The position numbers and the translations under genes are program-made. Source: Candidatus Omnitrophota bacterium (GTDB taxonomy: Bacteria; Omnitrophota; Gorgyraeia; B26-G9). From it: DNA of 64,000 nucleotides. Positions 1-8,772 of the stretch are shown here, in pieces. The stretch's first letter is position 1; each line of letters begins with the position of its first letter. A model generated the notes under the pieces. The model was not told where the DNA came from. It did not search any database and saw nothing but the letters and a program-made list of their open reading frames with translations. The DNA lies in NCBI GenBank assembly GCA_043826565.1, contig JBDRPX010000037.1:5669-69668 (forward strand), in the 5' to 3' direction.

Positions 1-72
1 TTTTAAAAAATAAAATTCTTTTTTCCTCTGTTTATCTATTTAGTTTTCGTCTTGTCTAATTTCTTTATCTAT

Positions 73-80
73 TGTATAAT
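73..80 (+). promoter_or_regulatory. extended -10 promoter (TGTATAAT) upstream of first gene
   Basis: tgtataat at 73-80, followed by SD aggagg (111-116) and ATG at 123. Confidence 0.4.
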
Positions 81-122
81 AATGAGTTAAGCACACTTGA
101 TTTCAACTTTAGGAGGAAGTGC

Positions 123-1730
123 ATGTCAAAATATTCATTTGATGCGGTAATTTTCGATATGGATGGCGTGATTACAAAAACCGCACTTGTCCATGCTCAG
201 GCATGGAAGATAGTGTTTGATGAGTATTTACGTATTTGCCAACAGCGTGATAATAAGCCATTTGAAGAATTTACTTACCAAAAAGACTATCTGACCTATG
301 TCGATGGTAAGCCGAGAGTAGAAGGCATTAAGAGTTTTCTTAAATCCAGAGGGATAACGCTTCCTTTAGGAGCGCCTGATGATGATGAGAAGGCAGAAAC
401 GGTTTACGGCATCGGCAACAAAAAGAATAAAAAATTTAAAGATGTTTTAAATACCGACGGAGTAGAGCTGTATACTGCGACTAAGGAGCTTATTAAAGCT
501 TTAAAATCCGCAGGAATAAAAGTTGGTGTTGTTTCATCGTCAAAGAATTGTGAGTTTGTCCTTAAATCAGCAGATGTTTTGCAGCTTATGGACACAAGGG
601 TTGATGGAGTAATTGCGCTTCAGGAAAATATCGCGGGAAAGCCTGAAGGGGATATGTTCGTAACCGCGGCTTTTAATCTCGGGACTATTCCCAGCCGGAG
701 TGTAGTTGTCGAAGATGCTATATCCGGTGTGCAGGCAGGCCGCAATGGCGGGTTTGGCCTGGTTATCGGAGTTGCCAGAAGCGATAATGTTGATGATTTA
801 AATAAAAACGGTGCGGATGTAGTTGTAACTTGTCTGGAAGCGATTACTCTTGATTGGATAGAGAAATGGTTTAACCGATCAGCTGTCTCTTTATTAGACG
901 CATGGGATGATGTCAATATGACCCGGCAGGGTTATGCTGATCTGAAGACAGATGATATTGTAATTAATCCTAAATATTTTCGTACACCGCGGGATATTTT
1001 AAAAGGGGACAAAAAACCGGTTTTTTTCCTTGATTATGACGGCACATTAACGCCGATTGTTTCCCGGCCTGACCTTGCGGTAATTTCCGATAAGATGAAG
1101 AGCACAGTTGCGGCTTTATCAGAAAAATGTACTACAGCTGTTGTCAGCGGAAGAATGCGGGAAGATGTGGAAAATCTTGTCGGCATAAAAGGACTTTTTT
1201 ATGCGGGAAGTCATGGGTTTGATATTCTTGGTAAAGGAGTTTCTATGGTTTTGCCTCAGGCGCAGAAAACTATTCCGGTTGTGACTGAGGTGATCGAGTG
1301 GCTTAAAAAGGAAATAGGCAGTATTGAAGGTATTATTATTGAGGAAAAAAAGTTTAGTACGGCAGTGCATTATCGCTTGGTTTCCGAGCAGCATTTGAAA
1401 AAGATAGAGCAGGCGGTAGCTCATGTTATAGAAAAGCATAAGGATTTGCGTTTGATGCGGGGGAAAATGGTATATGAGATCCTTCCGGCAATTGATTGGA
1501 ATAAAGGAAAAGCTGTATGCTGGATAATGAAGGCATTGAATATTTCCTGGGAAGAAGCTATCGTGGTATATATCGGTGATGATACTACGGACGAGGATGC
1601 GTTCCGGGCTGTTCGCAGCAGAGGTGTGTCCATATTGGTTTGCGATCAACAGCGGCCTTCATCTGCTGATTTCTGCTTGTCTTCTCCTGCTGAAGTGCTT
1701 AAATTATTTGAATTGCTATTAAAATTATGA
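123..1730 (+). CDS. bifunctional HAD protein: N-terminal beta-phosphoglucomutase-like domain fused to C-terminal trehalose-6-phosphate phosphatase-like (HAD-IIB) domain
   Basis: N-term FDAVIFDMDGVITKTALVHAQAWK matches the beta-PGM motif (DxDGV...AW); C-term FFLDYDGTLTPIV...GDDTTDE matches the OtsB/TPP family; SD aggagg 7 nt before ATG 123 (ORF track starts at 72). Confidence 0.75.
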   Translation: MSKYSFDAVIFDMDGVITKTALVHAQAWKIVFDEYLRICQQRDNKPFEEFTYQKDYLTYVDGKPRVEGIKSFLKSRGITLPLGAPDDDEKAETVYGIGNKKNKKFKDVLNTDGVELYTATKELIKALKSAGIKVGVVSSSKNCEFVLKSADVLQLMDTRVDGVIALQENIAGKPEGDMFVTAAFNLGTIPSRSVVVEDAISGVQAGRNGGFGLVIGVARSDNVDDLNKNGADVVVTCLEAITLDWIEKWFNRSAVSLLDAWDDVNMTRQGYADLKTDDIVINPKYFRTPRDILKGDKKPVFFLDYDGTLTPIVSRPDLAVISDKMKSTVAALSEKCTTAVVSGRMREDVENLVGIKGLFYAGSHGFDILGKGVSMVLPQAQKTIPVVTEVIEWLKKEIGSIEGIIIEEKKFSTAVHYRLVSEQHLKKIEQAVAHVIEKHKDLRLMRGKMVYEILPAIDWNKGKAVCWIMKALNISWEEAIVVYIGDDTTDEDAFRAVRSRGVSILVCDQQRPSSADFCLSSPAEVLKLFELLLKL

Positions 1731-1821
1731 AAGTTGAGTATTGAGAGTAGAATGTTGGTAGATAATTTTTACAATTTTCAACCTTCAATTTTCAACACTC
1801 TGTTTTAAAAAAGGTTTTACT

Positions 1822-4236
1822 GTGAAAAAAGATTTATTATGGAAACTTACTTATAATCGTTTTTCTCCGGAGGAGGAAGGATTAAGGGAATCCTTATGTA
1901 CCTTGGGTAATGGGTATATGGGAACTCGCGGCGCGGCAACCGAAGCAATTCCTTCGGAAATGCATTGTCCGGGCACCTATATAGCCGGTTTGTATAACCG
2001 GACTCCTACTGAGATTGCCGGCAGGACTATTTATAATGAAGATATGGTGAATTGTCCTAACTGGATACATATTGTCTTCCGGATCGGTAATGGCCGATGG
2101 ATTCGTCCTTCCTCAGCTAAAATTCTTTCCTATCGCCAGGAACTTGATATGCAGAAAGGTATTCTTACGCGTAATATTAGATTTCAAACTTCCAATGGGC
2201 AGAAGACATCAATTGAAGAAACGCGGCTGGTGCATATGGATAATCCGCATTTAGCGGCGATCAGATACATAATAACTCCGGAAAATTATAATGATATTAT
2301 TACCCTCCGGACAATGCTTGATGGCACGGTAGAGAATCTTAATGTGGAGCGTTACCGGGAGCTTAATACACATCATTTAACCTCTCATCACGCCGGCAGA
2401 TTTGCTAAAAATGGGATTTATCTTTGCGCAAAAACCAGTCATTCCAAGGTTGATATTTGTGTGGCGGAAAAGCTAAAAATATATATAGGAGATAAAAAGA
2501 TACAGCCGGTGATTGAGTTATTGAAGCGTCACAAAAATCAGACGATTGGGCAGGAGGCCCGTGTTTCTCTTCAAAAGGGGCAATCATTACGTATCGAAAA
2601 AATTGTTTCTATATATACATCTGGTGATGAAGGGATAGATTCTCCGAAAGAAGCAGCGATTAAAACAGTTAAAGTAGCTTCTAAGTTTAGGATGCTTTTG
2701 GAAACGCATCAAAAAGCCTGGGCAAGATTATGGGAAAAATTTGATATTAAAGTTGAGGGGCATAAATTTGCCCAGAAAGTATTAAGACTGCACATGTTTC
2801 ATTTATTGCAGACAGCTTCAACGCATAACGTTAAAGTTGATGCTGGTTTTCCGGCCCGGGGGTTGCATGGAGAGGCTTATCGCGGCCATGTTTTCTGGGA
2901 TGAGATGTTTGCGATGAAGTTCTTTTCTTTGAATAGCCCGGAAGTAGCGAAAGCATTGCTGATGTATCGGTATCGGCGGCTGTCTAAAGCCAGAGAATAC
3001 GCAAAAGAAAACGGATATAATGGGGCGATGTTCCCCTGGCAGAGCGGCTCCAGCGGCAGAGAAGAAACTCAGGAAGTCCATCTTAACCCGATGTCCGGGA
3101 AATGGGGCCCGGATTATAGCTGTTTGCAGAGGCATGTTTCTGTCGCTATCGCTTATAATATTTGGCGGCATTGGCGGATAACCGGTGACCTGGAGTTTCT
3201 GGTAAGTTATGCCGCAGAGATATTTTTATCGATCGCCCAGTTTTTTTCAAGTCTGGTTTGTTTTGATGAAAAGGACGGCAGATATCATACGGAAAGAGTG
3301 ATGGGGCCGGATGAGTTTCATGAGAAAATGCCGAATTCCTCTGAGCCGGGATTAAGAGACAATGCCTATACTAATATTATGATTGTCTGGGTATTGCTTA
3401 AAGCAGAAGAAGTTTTGGCGTTTTTGCCGGAAAAGGACAAGCAGCGTTTAATGAAAAAAATAAAACTTACTGCGGAAGAAATGCTGAGATGGGAAGATAT
3501 CTCCCGGAAGATGAATATAATTTTTGATGAAAAAGGTATTATTAGTCAGTTTGACGGGTATTTTCAATTAAAAGAATTAGACTGGAATAAGTATAAGAAA
3601 AAATACGATAATATCCACCGGATGGACAGAATTTTAAAGGCGGAAGGAAAAACTCCGGACGCATATAAATTATCTAAGCAGGCGGATGTGCTGATGATCT
3701 TCTATCTGCTGCGTTTTTCCGAAGTGCAGAAAATATTTAAACGCTTGGGGTATTCATGTGATATTAATAAGGTCAGAAAGAATTATGATTATTATGTCAA
3801 AAGAACATCCCATGGTTCTACTTTGAGCAAGGTTGTCCATTGTTTTGTAGCTCAGCTTATGGGCCGTGAACAGGAAGTGTGGAAATGGTTTTTGCAGGTG
3901 CTTGAATCCGATATTAATGATACCCAGAGCGGAACAACTCCGGAAGGAATCCATGCCGGTGTTCTGGGCGGTTCAATCGACGTGGTTATCCGCGGATTTG
4001 CGGGTATCGAGATGCTGGATGACCGGATAAAAATCACTCCCCGGGTGCCCCGGCAGCTTAAAAGAATATGTTTTAAGATTTGTTATCGGAAGCGTTGGAT
4101 TGACATAGAAGTAACTAAGAAAGAATTAAAAATTCATATTGGCGGCCGGCGTAAGGTTGTTAACATGATGCCGGTGGAGATTAATTCTAAGCTTCATCTT
4201 CTACCAGAAGGCCGGGCGGTTAAATTTTCTATATAA
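1822..4236 (+). CDS. glycoside hydrolase family 65 disaccharide phosphorylase (trehalose/trehalose-6-P/kojibiose/maltose phosphorylase family)
   Basis: 804 aa; GFPARGLHGEAYRGHVFWDE and the overall GH65 architecture; GTG start. Confidence 0.75.
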   Translation: MKKDLLWKLTYNRFSPEEEGLRESLCTLGNGYMGTRGAATEAIPSEMHCPGTYIAGLYNRTPTEIAGRTIYNEDMVNCPNWIHIVFRIGNGRWIRPSSAKILSYRQELDMQKGILTRNIRFQTSNGQKTSIEETRLVHMDNPHLAAIRYIITPENYNDIITLRTMLDGTVENLNVERYRELNTHHLTSHHAGRFAKNGIYLCAKTSHSKVDICVAEKLKIYIGDKKIQPVIELLKRHKNQTIGQEARVSLQKGQSLRIEKIVSIYTSGDEGIDSPKEAAIKTVKVASKFRMLLETHQKAWARLWEKFDIKVEGHKFAQKVLRLHMFHLLQTASTHNVKVDAGFPARGLHGEAYRGHVFWDEMFAMKFFSLNSPEVAKALLMYRYRRLSKAREYAKENGYNGAMFPWQSGSSGREETQEVHLNPMSGKWGPDYSCLQRHVSVAIAYNIWRHWRITGDLEFLVSYAAEIFLSIAQFFSSLVCFDEKDGRYHTERVMGPDEFHEKMPNSSEPGLRDNAYTNIMIVWVLLKAEEVLAFLPEKDKQRLMKKIKLTAEEMLRWEDISRKMNIIFDEKGIISQFDGYFQLKELDWNKYKKKYDNIHRMDRILKAEGKTPDAYKLSKQADVLMIFYLLRFSEVQKIFKRLGYSCDINKVRKNYDYYVKRTSHGSTLSKVVHCFVAQLMGREQEVWKWFLQVLESDINDTQSGTTPEGIHAGVLGGSIDVVIRGFAGIEMLDDRIKITPRVPRQLKRICFKICYRKRWIDIEVTKKELKIHIGGRRKVVNMMPVEINSKLHLLPEGRAVKFSI

Positions 4237-4298
4237 ACAAAATTAAATGCGCAGTAAATATTTAGCGGTATTCGGGTATTAAAACAGGGGGAAATAAA

Positions 4299-6131
4299 AT
4301 GATGATTGGTGCACACTATATTGATGATAATAAGTGTGAATTTACGGTTTGGGCTCCTTTTTTGAATGATGTTTCTTTGAAAATTGTTTCGCCGGATAGT
4401 ATGACTATTCCGATGCAAAAGGATGAACAGGGTTATTGGCGGATTATTGTCGAAAATATTCATGCGAACGTCTGCTACTTATATGAGCTTGATCATGCCC
4501 AGGAAAAACCCGATCCTGCGTCTTTTTATCAACCCAAAGGAGTACATGGCCCGTCACAGGTAATTAACCATAAAAATTTTTCTTGGGGAGACGGCGGATG
4601 GAATGGCATCTCCATTGATAAGATGATAATCTATGAGCTTCACGTAGGGACATTCACTCCGGAGGGAACCTTTGATGCGATTATTCCCCGGCTTGAGGAA
4701 TTAGTGGATCTTGGTATAAATACAATAGAAGTTATGCCGGTAGCGCAATTCCCGGGAACAAGGAACTGGGGGTATGACGGGGTGTACCCATATGCGGTAC
4801 AGAATTCTTATGGCGGCCCGGACGGTTTTAAACGGTTTATTAATGCCTGTCATAAAAAAGGCATAGCGGTAATTCTTGATGTTGTTTATAATCATCTTGG
4901 CCCGGAAGGTAATTACCTTTGCGAGTTCGCGCCATATTTTACTAATAAATATTATACCCCTTGGGGAAATGCTATAAATTTTGATGATGCCTATAGCCCG
5001 GGGGTAAGGAATTATTTTATTGAAAACGCTTTAAGCTGGCTTGAAAATTATCATGTGGACGGTTTGCGATTAGATGCGGTACACAGCATATATGATTTTG
5101 GGGCAAAACATATATTAGAAGAACTGGCGGAAAAAATTTATGATCTTTCTGTCCAAAAAACAAGGAAGCTGTATTTAATAGCCGAAAGCAATCTTAACGA
5201 TATCCGGATTATTAAGCCGGTCGGGGCCGGCGGTTATGGGATTGATGCCCAGTGGTGTGATGATTTTCATCATTGTCTTCACGTTTTACTTACCGGGGAG
5301 CAAACCGGATACTATGCTGATTACGGAAGTACCGGGCAAATGGTAAAATCCTTAAGAGAAGGATTTGTATATTCCGGTCAATATTCTTCTTTTAGAAAAA
5401 AATGTTACGGCAGTTCCTCTAAAGATATCCCGGCAAATCAGCTAATTGTTTTTTCACAAAATCATGATCAGGTGGGCAATCGTATGCTCGGAGACAGGCT
5501 TTCCGGGCTGGTATCATTTGAAGCTTTAAAACTGGCGGCAGCAGCAACAATCTTGTCTGTATATACTCCGATGATTTTTATGGGGCAGGAATATGGAGAA
5601 GAAACACCGTTTCAGTATTTTGTAGATCATTCGGACGAAGATTTAATTGCGGCAGTACGCCGGGGAAGAAAAGAAGAATTTGCCGCGTTTAAATGGAGCG
5701 GAAATCCTCCGGATCCGCAGGATGAGGGATCTTTTTTAGCTTCAAAATTGAAATGGGAACAAAAGAATGAGGGAAGGTACAAGATTTTATGGCAATTTTA
5801 TAAAATTCTTATTATGTTGAAAAAACGTATTCCTGCGATTTCTGATGGCGGAAAAACCCAGATGGAAGTATCGTATGATGAGACGAAAAAACTTATTTTT
5901 TGGAGAAGATGGTATAAACGAAGTGAAATTTTTTGTATAATGAATTTCAGCAAAGAAGATGCGCAGTGCCGCATCGTTCTTCCTTTAGGCAAATGGAAAA
6001 GATTGATAAATTCCTCGCAAGAGCAATGGATGGGAAAAGGGGCATTGCTGCCTGAGTATATAGAGAATAACCAGGAGATCCAGGTGCGCTCATTCGGGAT
6101 AGCTTTGTATGAGAAAGAATTACTAAAATAG
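4299..6131 (+). CDS. treZ: malto-oligosyltrehalose trehalohydrolase (GH13, CBM48 N-term)
   Basis: N-term CEFTVWAP...; GINTIEVMPVAQFPGTRNWGYDGV; ILDVVYNHLGPEGNYL; ~610 aa is typical of TreZ. Confidence 0.8.
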   Translation: MMIGAHYIDDNKCEFTVWAPFLNDVSLKIVSPDSMTIPMQKDEQGYWRIIVENIHANVCYLYELDHAQEKPDPASFYQPKGVHGPSQVINHKNFSWGDGGWNGISIDKMIIYELHVGTFTPEGTFDAIIPRLEELVDLGINTIEVMPVAQFPGTRNWGYDGVYPYAVQNSYGGPDGFKRFINACHKKGIAVILDVVYNHLGPEGNYLCEFAPYFTNKYYTPWGNAINFDDAYSPGVRNYFIENALSWLENYHVDGLRLDAVHSIYDFGAKHILEELAEKIYDLSVQKTRKLYLIAESNLNDIRIIKPVGAGGYGIDAQWCDDFHHCLHVLLTGEQTGYYADYGSTGQMVKSLREGFVYSGQYSSFRKKCYGSSSKDIPANQLIVFSQNHDQVGNRMLGDRLSGLVSFEALKLAAAATILSVYTPMIFMGQEYGEETPFQYFVDHSDEDLIAAVRRGRKEEFAAFKWSGNPPDPQDEGSFLASKLKWEQKNEGRYKILWQFYKILIMLKKRIPAISDGGKTQMEVSYDETKKLIFWRRWYKRSEIFCIMNFSKEDAQCRIVLPLGKWKRLINSSQEQWMGKGALLPEYIENNQEIQVRSFGIALYEKELLK

Positions 6132-6170
6132 AAGATATTAACTCAAAAATCAAAGGTCAAAAGTCAAAAC

Positions 6171-6200
6171 TGCCAGCCTCGCCAGCTTAGCTAGGCGGGC
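6171..6200 (+). terminator. GC-rich hairpin flanked by TCAAAA/TTTTGA repeats after treZ
   Basis: gcctcgccagcttagctaggcgggc forms a stem-loop in an otherwise AT-rich spacer. Confidence 0.35.
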
Positions 6201-6317
6201 AACTTAAAAGTCAAGATTTAAAGTTTATATGGTTTTAAGTTTTATTTGTATTTTTGAATTTTGATTTTAAAAAGTATGTGGATTGAAATATTTTCAGTTT
6301 CAAAAGCTTAGTTTTGT

Positions 6318-8756
6318 ATGGAGATTAAAGTTATGAATAGATACTTATGTGTACATGGTCATTTCTATCAGCCTCCCCGGGAAAACCCCTGGTTAGAGGA
6401 AGTGGAACTTCAGGATTCGGCTTATCCTTTTCATGATTGGAATCAGCGGATTACTACTGAATGTTATGCTCCGAATGCTGCCTCCCGGATTTTAGATAAT
6501 GAAGATAAGATTACTGATCTTATCAGCAACTATGCTCAGATCAGTTTTAATTTTGGCCCAACACTGCTTTCCTGGATGGAACGGAATATGTCCGATACAT
6601 ACAAGATGATCCTGGAAGCGGATAAATTAAGCCAAAAGAACTTTTCCGGACATGGCTCGGCGATTGCTCAGGTTTATAACCATATGATAATGCCGCTGGC
6701 CAATACCAGAGATAAGCATACGCAGGTGGTTTGGGGGATAAAGGATTTCAAGTATCGTTTTAAAAGAGAACCGGAAGGGATGTGGCTTGCGGAAACAGCA
6801 GTGGATACTGAAACATTGGAAGTTTTAGCTGAGCATAATATAAAGTTTACAATTCTTTCTCCGTATCAGGCACAGAACGTTAAAACCATAGCCGCTCAGG
6901 AATGGACTGATGCCAGCGGAGGAAAAATAGATCCCAAAATGCCGTATCTGTGTATCCTTCCTTCGGGTAAAAAAATTAGTATTTTCTTTTACGACGGGCC
7001 GGTATCACGGGATATTGCTTTTGGAGGTTTATTGGATAACGGAGAAAAATTAGCCAGCCGGCTAGTGGGAACATTTTCCGATAATGAAGACCAGCCGCAG
7101 CTAGTGCATATTGCTACGGATGGGGAGACTTATGGCCATCATCATCATTACGGAGAGATGGCTTTATCATACGGATATCACTATATAGCGTCCCGACAGC
7201 TTGCTCATATTACGGTTTACGGAGAATATCTGGAAAAGTTTCCGCCGACTCATCAAGTGCAGATAATTGAGAATTCCTCGTGGAGTTGTATGCATGGAGT
7301 AGAGCGATGGCAAAGTGATTGCGGTTGTAAGCTCGGAGGAAATAACTGGAATCAGGCTTGGCGCGGGCCGCTGCGTAAGGCTATGGACTGGCTGCGGAAT
7401 AGTTTGACTAAAATTTATGATAATCAAATAGCTGAATATGTTAATGATCCGCACAAGGCCAGAAATGATTATATAGAAATCATATTAAACCGGACGGATA
7501 AAAATATCGATAAGTTTTTTGCCGAACATGGGGTGGCTACGCTGTCGGGTCAGGAAAAAACAAAAGTTTTAAAACTGCTGGAAATGCAGCGTCACGCAAT
7601 GCTGATGTATACAAGCTGCGGCTGGTTTTTTAATGAAATTTCCGGTATAGAAACGATCCAAATAATGCAGTATGCGGCCCGGGCTATTCAGCTGGCCAGA
7701 GAAGTCAGCGAAAAGGATCTGGAGCCGGAGTATATTAAAAGACTGCATAAAGCTCTCAGTAATCTTGAGGAATATGAGACCGGAGCTTTTATCTATGAGA
7801 AATTTGTAAAGCCAACGGTTATTGATCTGCATCGTGTGGGAGCGCATTATGCAGTATCGTCTCTTTTTGAAGAATATGAAAAAAAGAGCGACATCTATTG
7901 TTATACGGTCGAAAGCGAGGTTTATGAGCGTTCCCAAGCCGGCAGGCAGAAGATTGTTTTCGGGCGGGCGGCAATAAGGTCGAATATTACATATGAAGAG
8001 AATATTGTAAGCTTTGCGGCTTTGCATTTAGGGGATCATAACCTTTTCGGCGGGGTTCGTGATTATATGGGTGCGGAACCATTTGAAGAAATGCAGCAAC
8101 AGATAAAAGAAGCGTTTTTAAAAAGTAATATATCGGAGATAATCCATCTTATTGATACTCACTTTGGCAGCCATAATTATTCGTTATGGCATTTGTTTAA
8201 GGATGAACAGAGAAAAGTGCTTAATGAGATACTTGTTTCCACCCTTGATGAAATCGAAAATTCATTCCGCCAGATAAACGAACATCATTATCCGGTAATG
8301 CAGGTTATAAAAGAAATGAATATGCCTTTACCTAAAATCTTTTCGACGACACTTGAATTTGTCGTTAACTCTGATATTAGAAAGATGCTGCAAAATAATG
8401 AGACGGATCTGGAACGTTTGAAAAATCTTGTTAAAGAGGCGAGAAGGTGGTCGCTGGAGCTTGATCGTCCGATGTTGAAATATGTTGCCAGCAAAAGGAT
8501 TCTTAAGTTAATGAAAAAGCTGCAGCAAAGTCCGGAGGATGTCTCCGTAATAGAAGTTATTGAGGGATTGTTTAAGATCCTGCGTCCGCTGGGATTAGAG
8601 CTTAGTTTGTGGAAAACTCAAAATATTTACTTTTCTATTAATCAGCAGCTGCATGATTTAATGATTAGAAAAGCTGACCAAAAAGACAGGATTGCCAGGA
8701 AGTGGATTAAACATTTCGACACGCTGGGTAATTATTTGCGCGTAAGAAGCAAGTGA
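6318..8756 (+). CDS. glycoside hydrolase family 57 protein (long form with C-terminal DUF3536-like extension)
   Basis: HGHFYQPPRENPW is the hallmark GH57 N-terminus; 812 aa; start may be ATG 6333. Confidence 0.7.
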   Translation: MEIKVMNRYLCVHGHFYQPPRENPWLEEVELQDSAYPFHDWNQRITTECYAPNAASRILDNEDKITDLISNYAQISFNFGPTLLSWMERNMSDTYKMILEADKLSQKNFSGHGSAIAQVYNHMIMPLANTRDKHTQVVWGIKDFKYRFKREPEGMWLAETAVDTETLEVLAEHNIKFTILSPYQAQNVKTIAAQEWTDASGGKIDPKMPYLCILPSGKKISIFFYDGPVSRDIAFGGLLDNGEKLASRLVGTFSDNEDQPQLVHIATDGETYGHHHHYGEMALSYGYHYIASRQLAHITVYGEYLEKFPPTHQVQIIENSSWSCMHGVERWQSDCGCKLGGNNWNQAWRGPLRKAMDWLRNSLTKIYDNQIAEYVNDPHKARNDYIEIILNRTDKNIDKFFAEHGVATLSGQEKTKVLKLLEMQRHAMLMYTSCGWFFNEISGIETIQIMQYAARAIQLAREVSEKDLEPEYIKRLHKALSNLEEYETGAFIYEKFVKPTVIDLHRVGAHYAVSSLFEEYEKKSDIYCYTVESEVYERSQAGRQKIVFGRAAIRSNITYEENIVSFAALHLGDHNLFGGVRDYMGAEPFEEMQQQIKEAFLKSNISEIIHLIDTHFGSHNYSLWHLFKDEQRKVLNEILVSTLDEIENSFRQINEHHYPVMQVIKEMNMPLPKIFSTTLEFVVNSDIRKMLQNNETDLERLKNLVKEARRWSLELDRPMLKYVASKRILKLMKKLQQSPEDVSVIEVIEGLFKILRPLGLELSLWKTQNIYFSINQQLHDLMIRKADQKDRIARKWIKHFDTLGNYLRVRSK

Positions 8757-8772
8757 TCCCAAAAGGCTCTAC

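Noticed and set aside
1119-1649. 176-aa and other antisense ORFs inside the HAD fusion gene, plus many 60-150-aa ORFs inside treZ, treY, malQ, dnaK, dnaJ, uvrA and the HK
   Set aside because: They lie fully inside strongly supported genes on the opposite strand or in another frame and have no independent signals. They are typical shadow ORFs.
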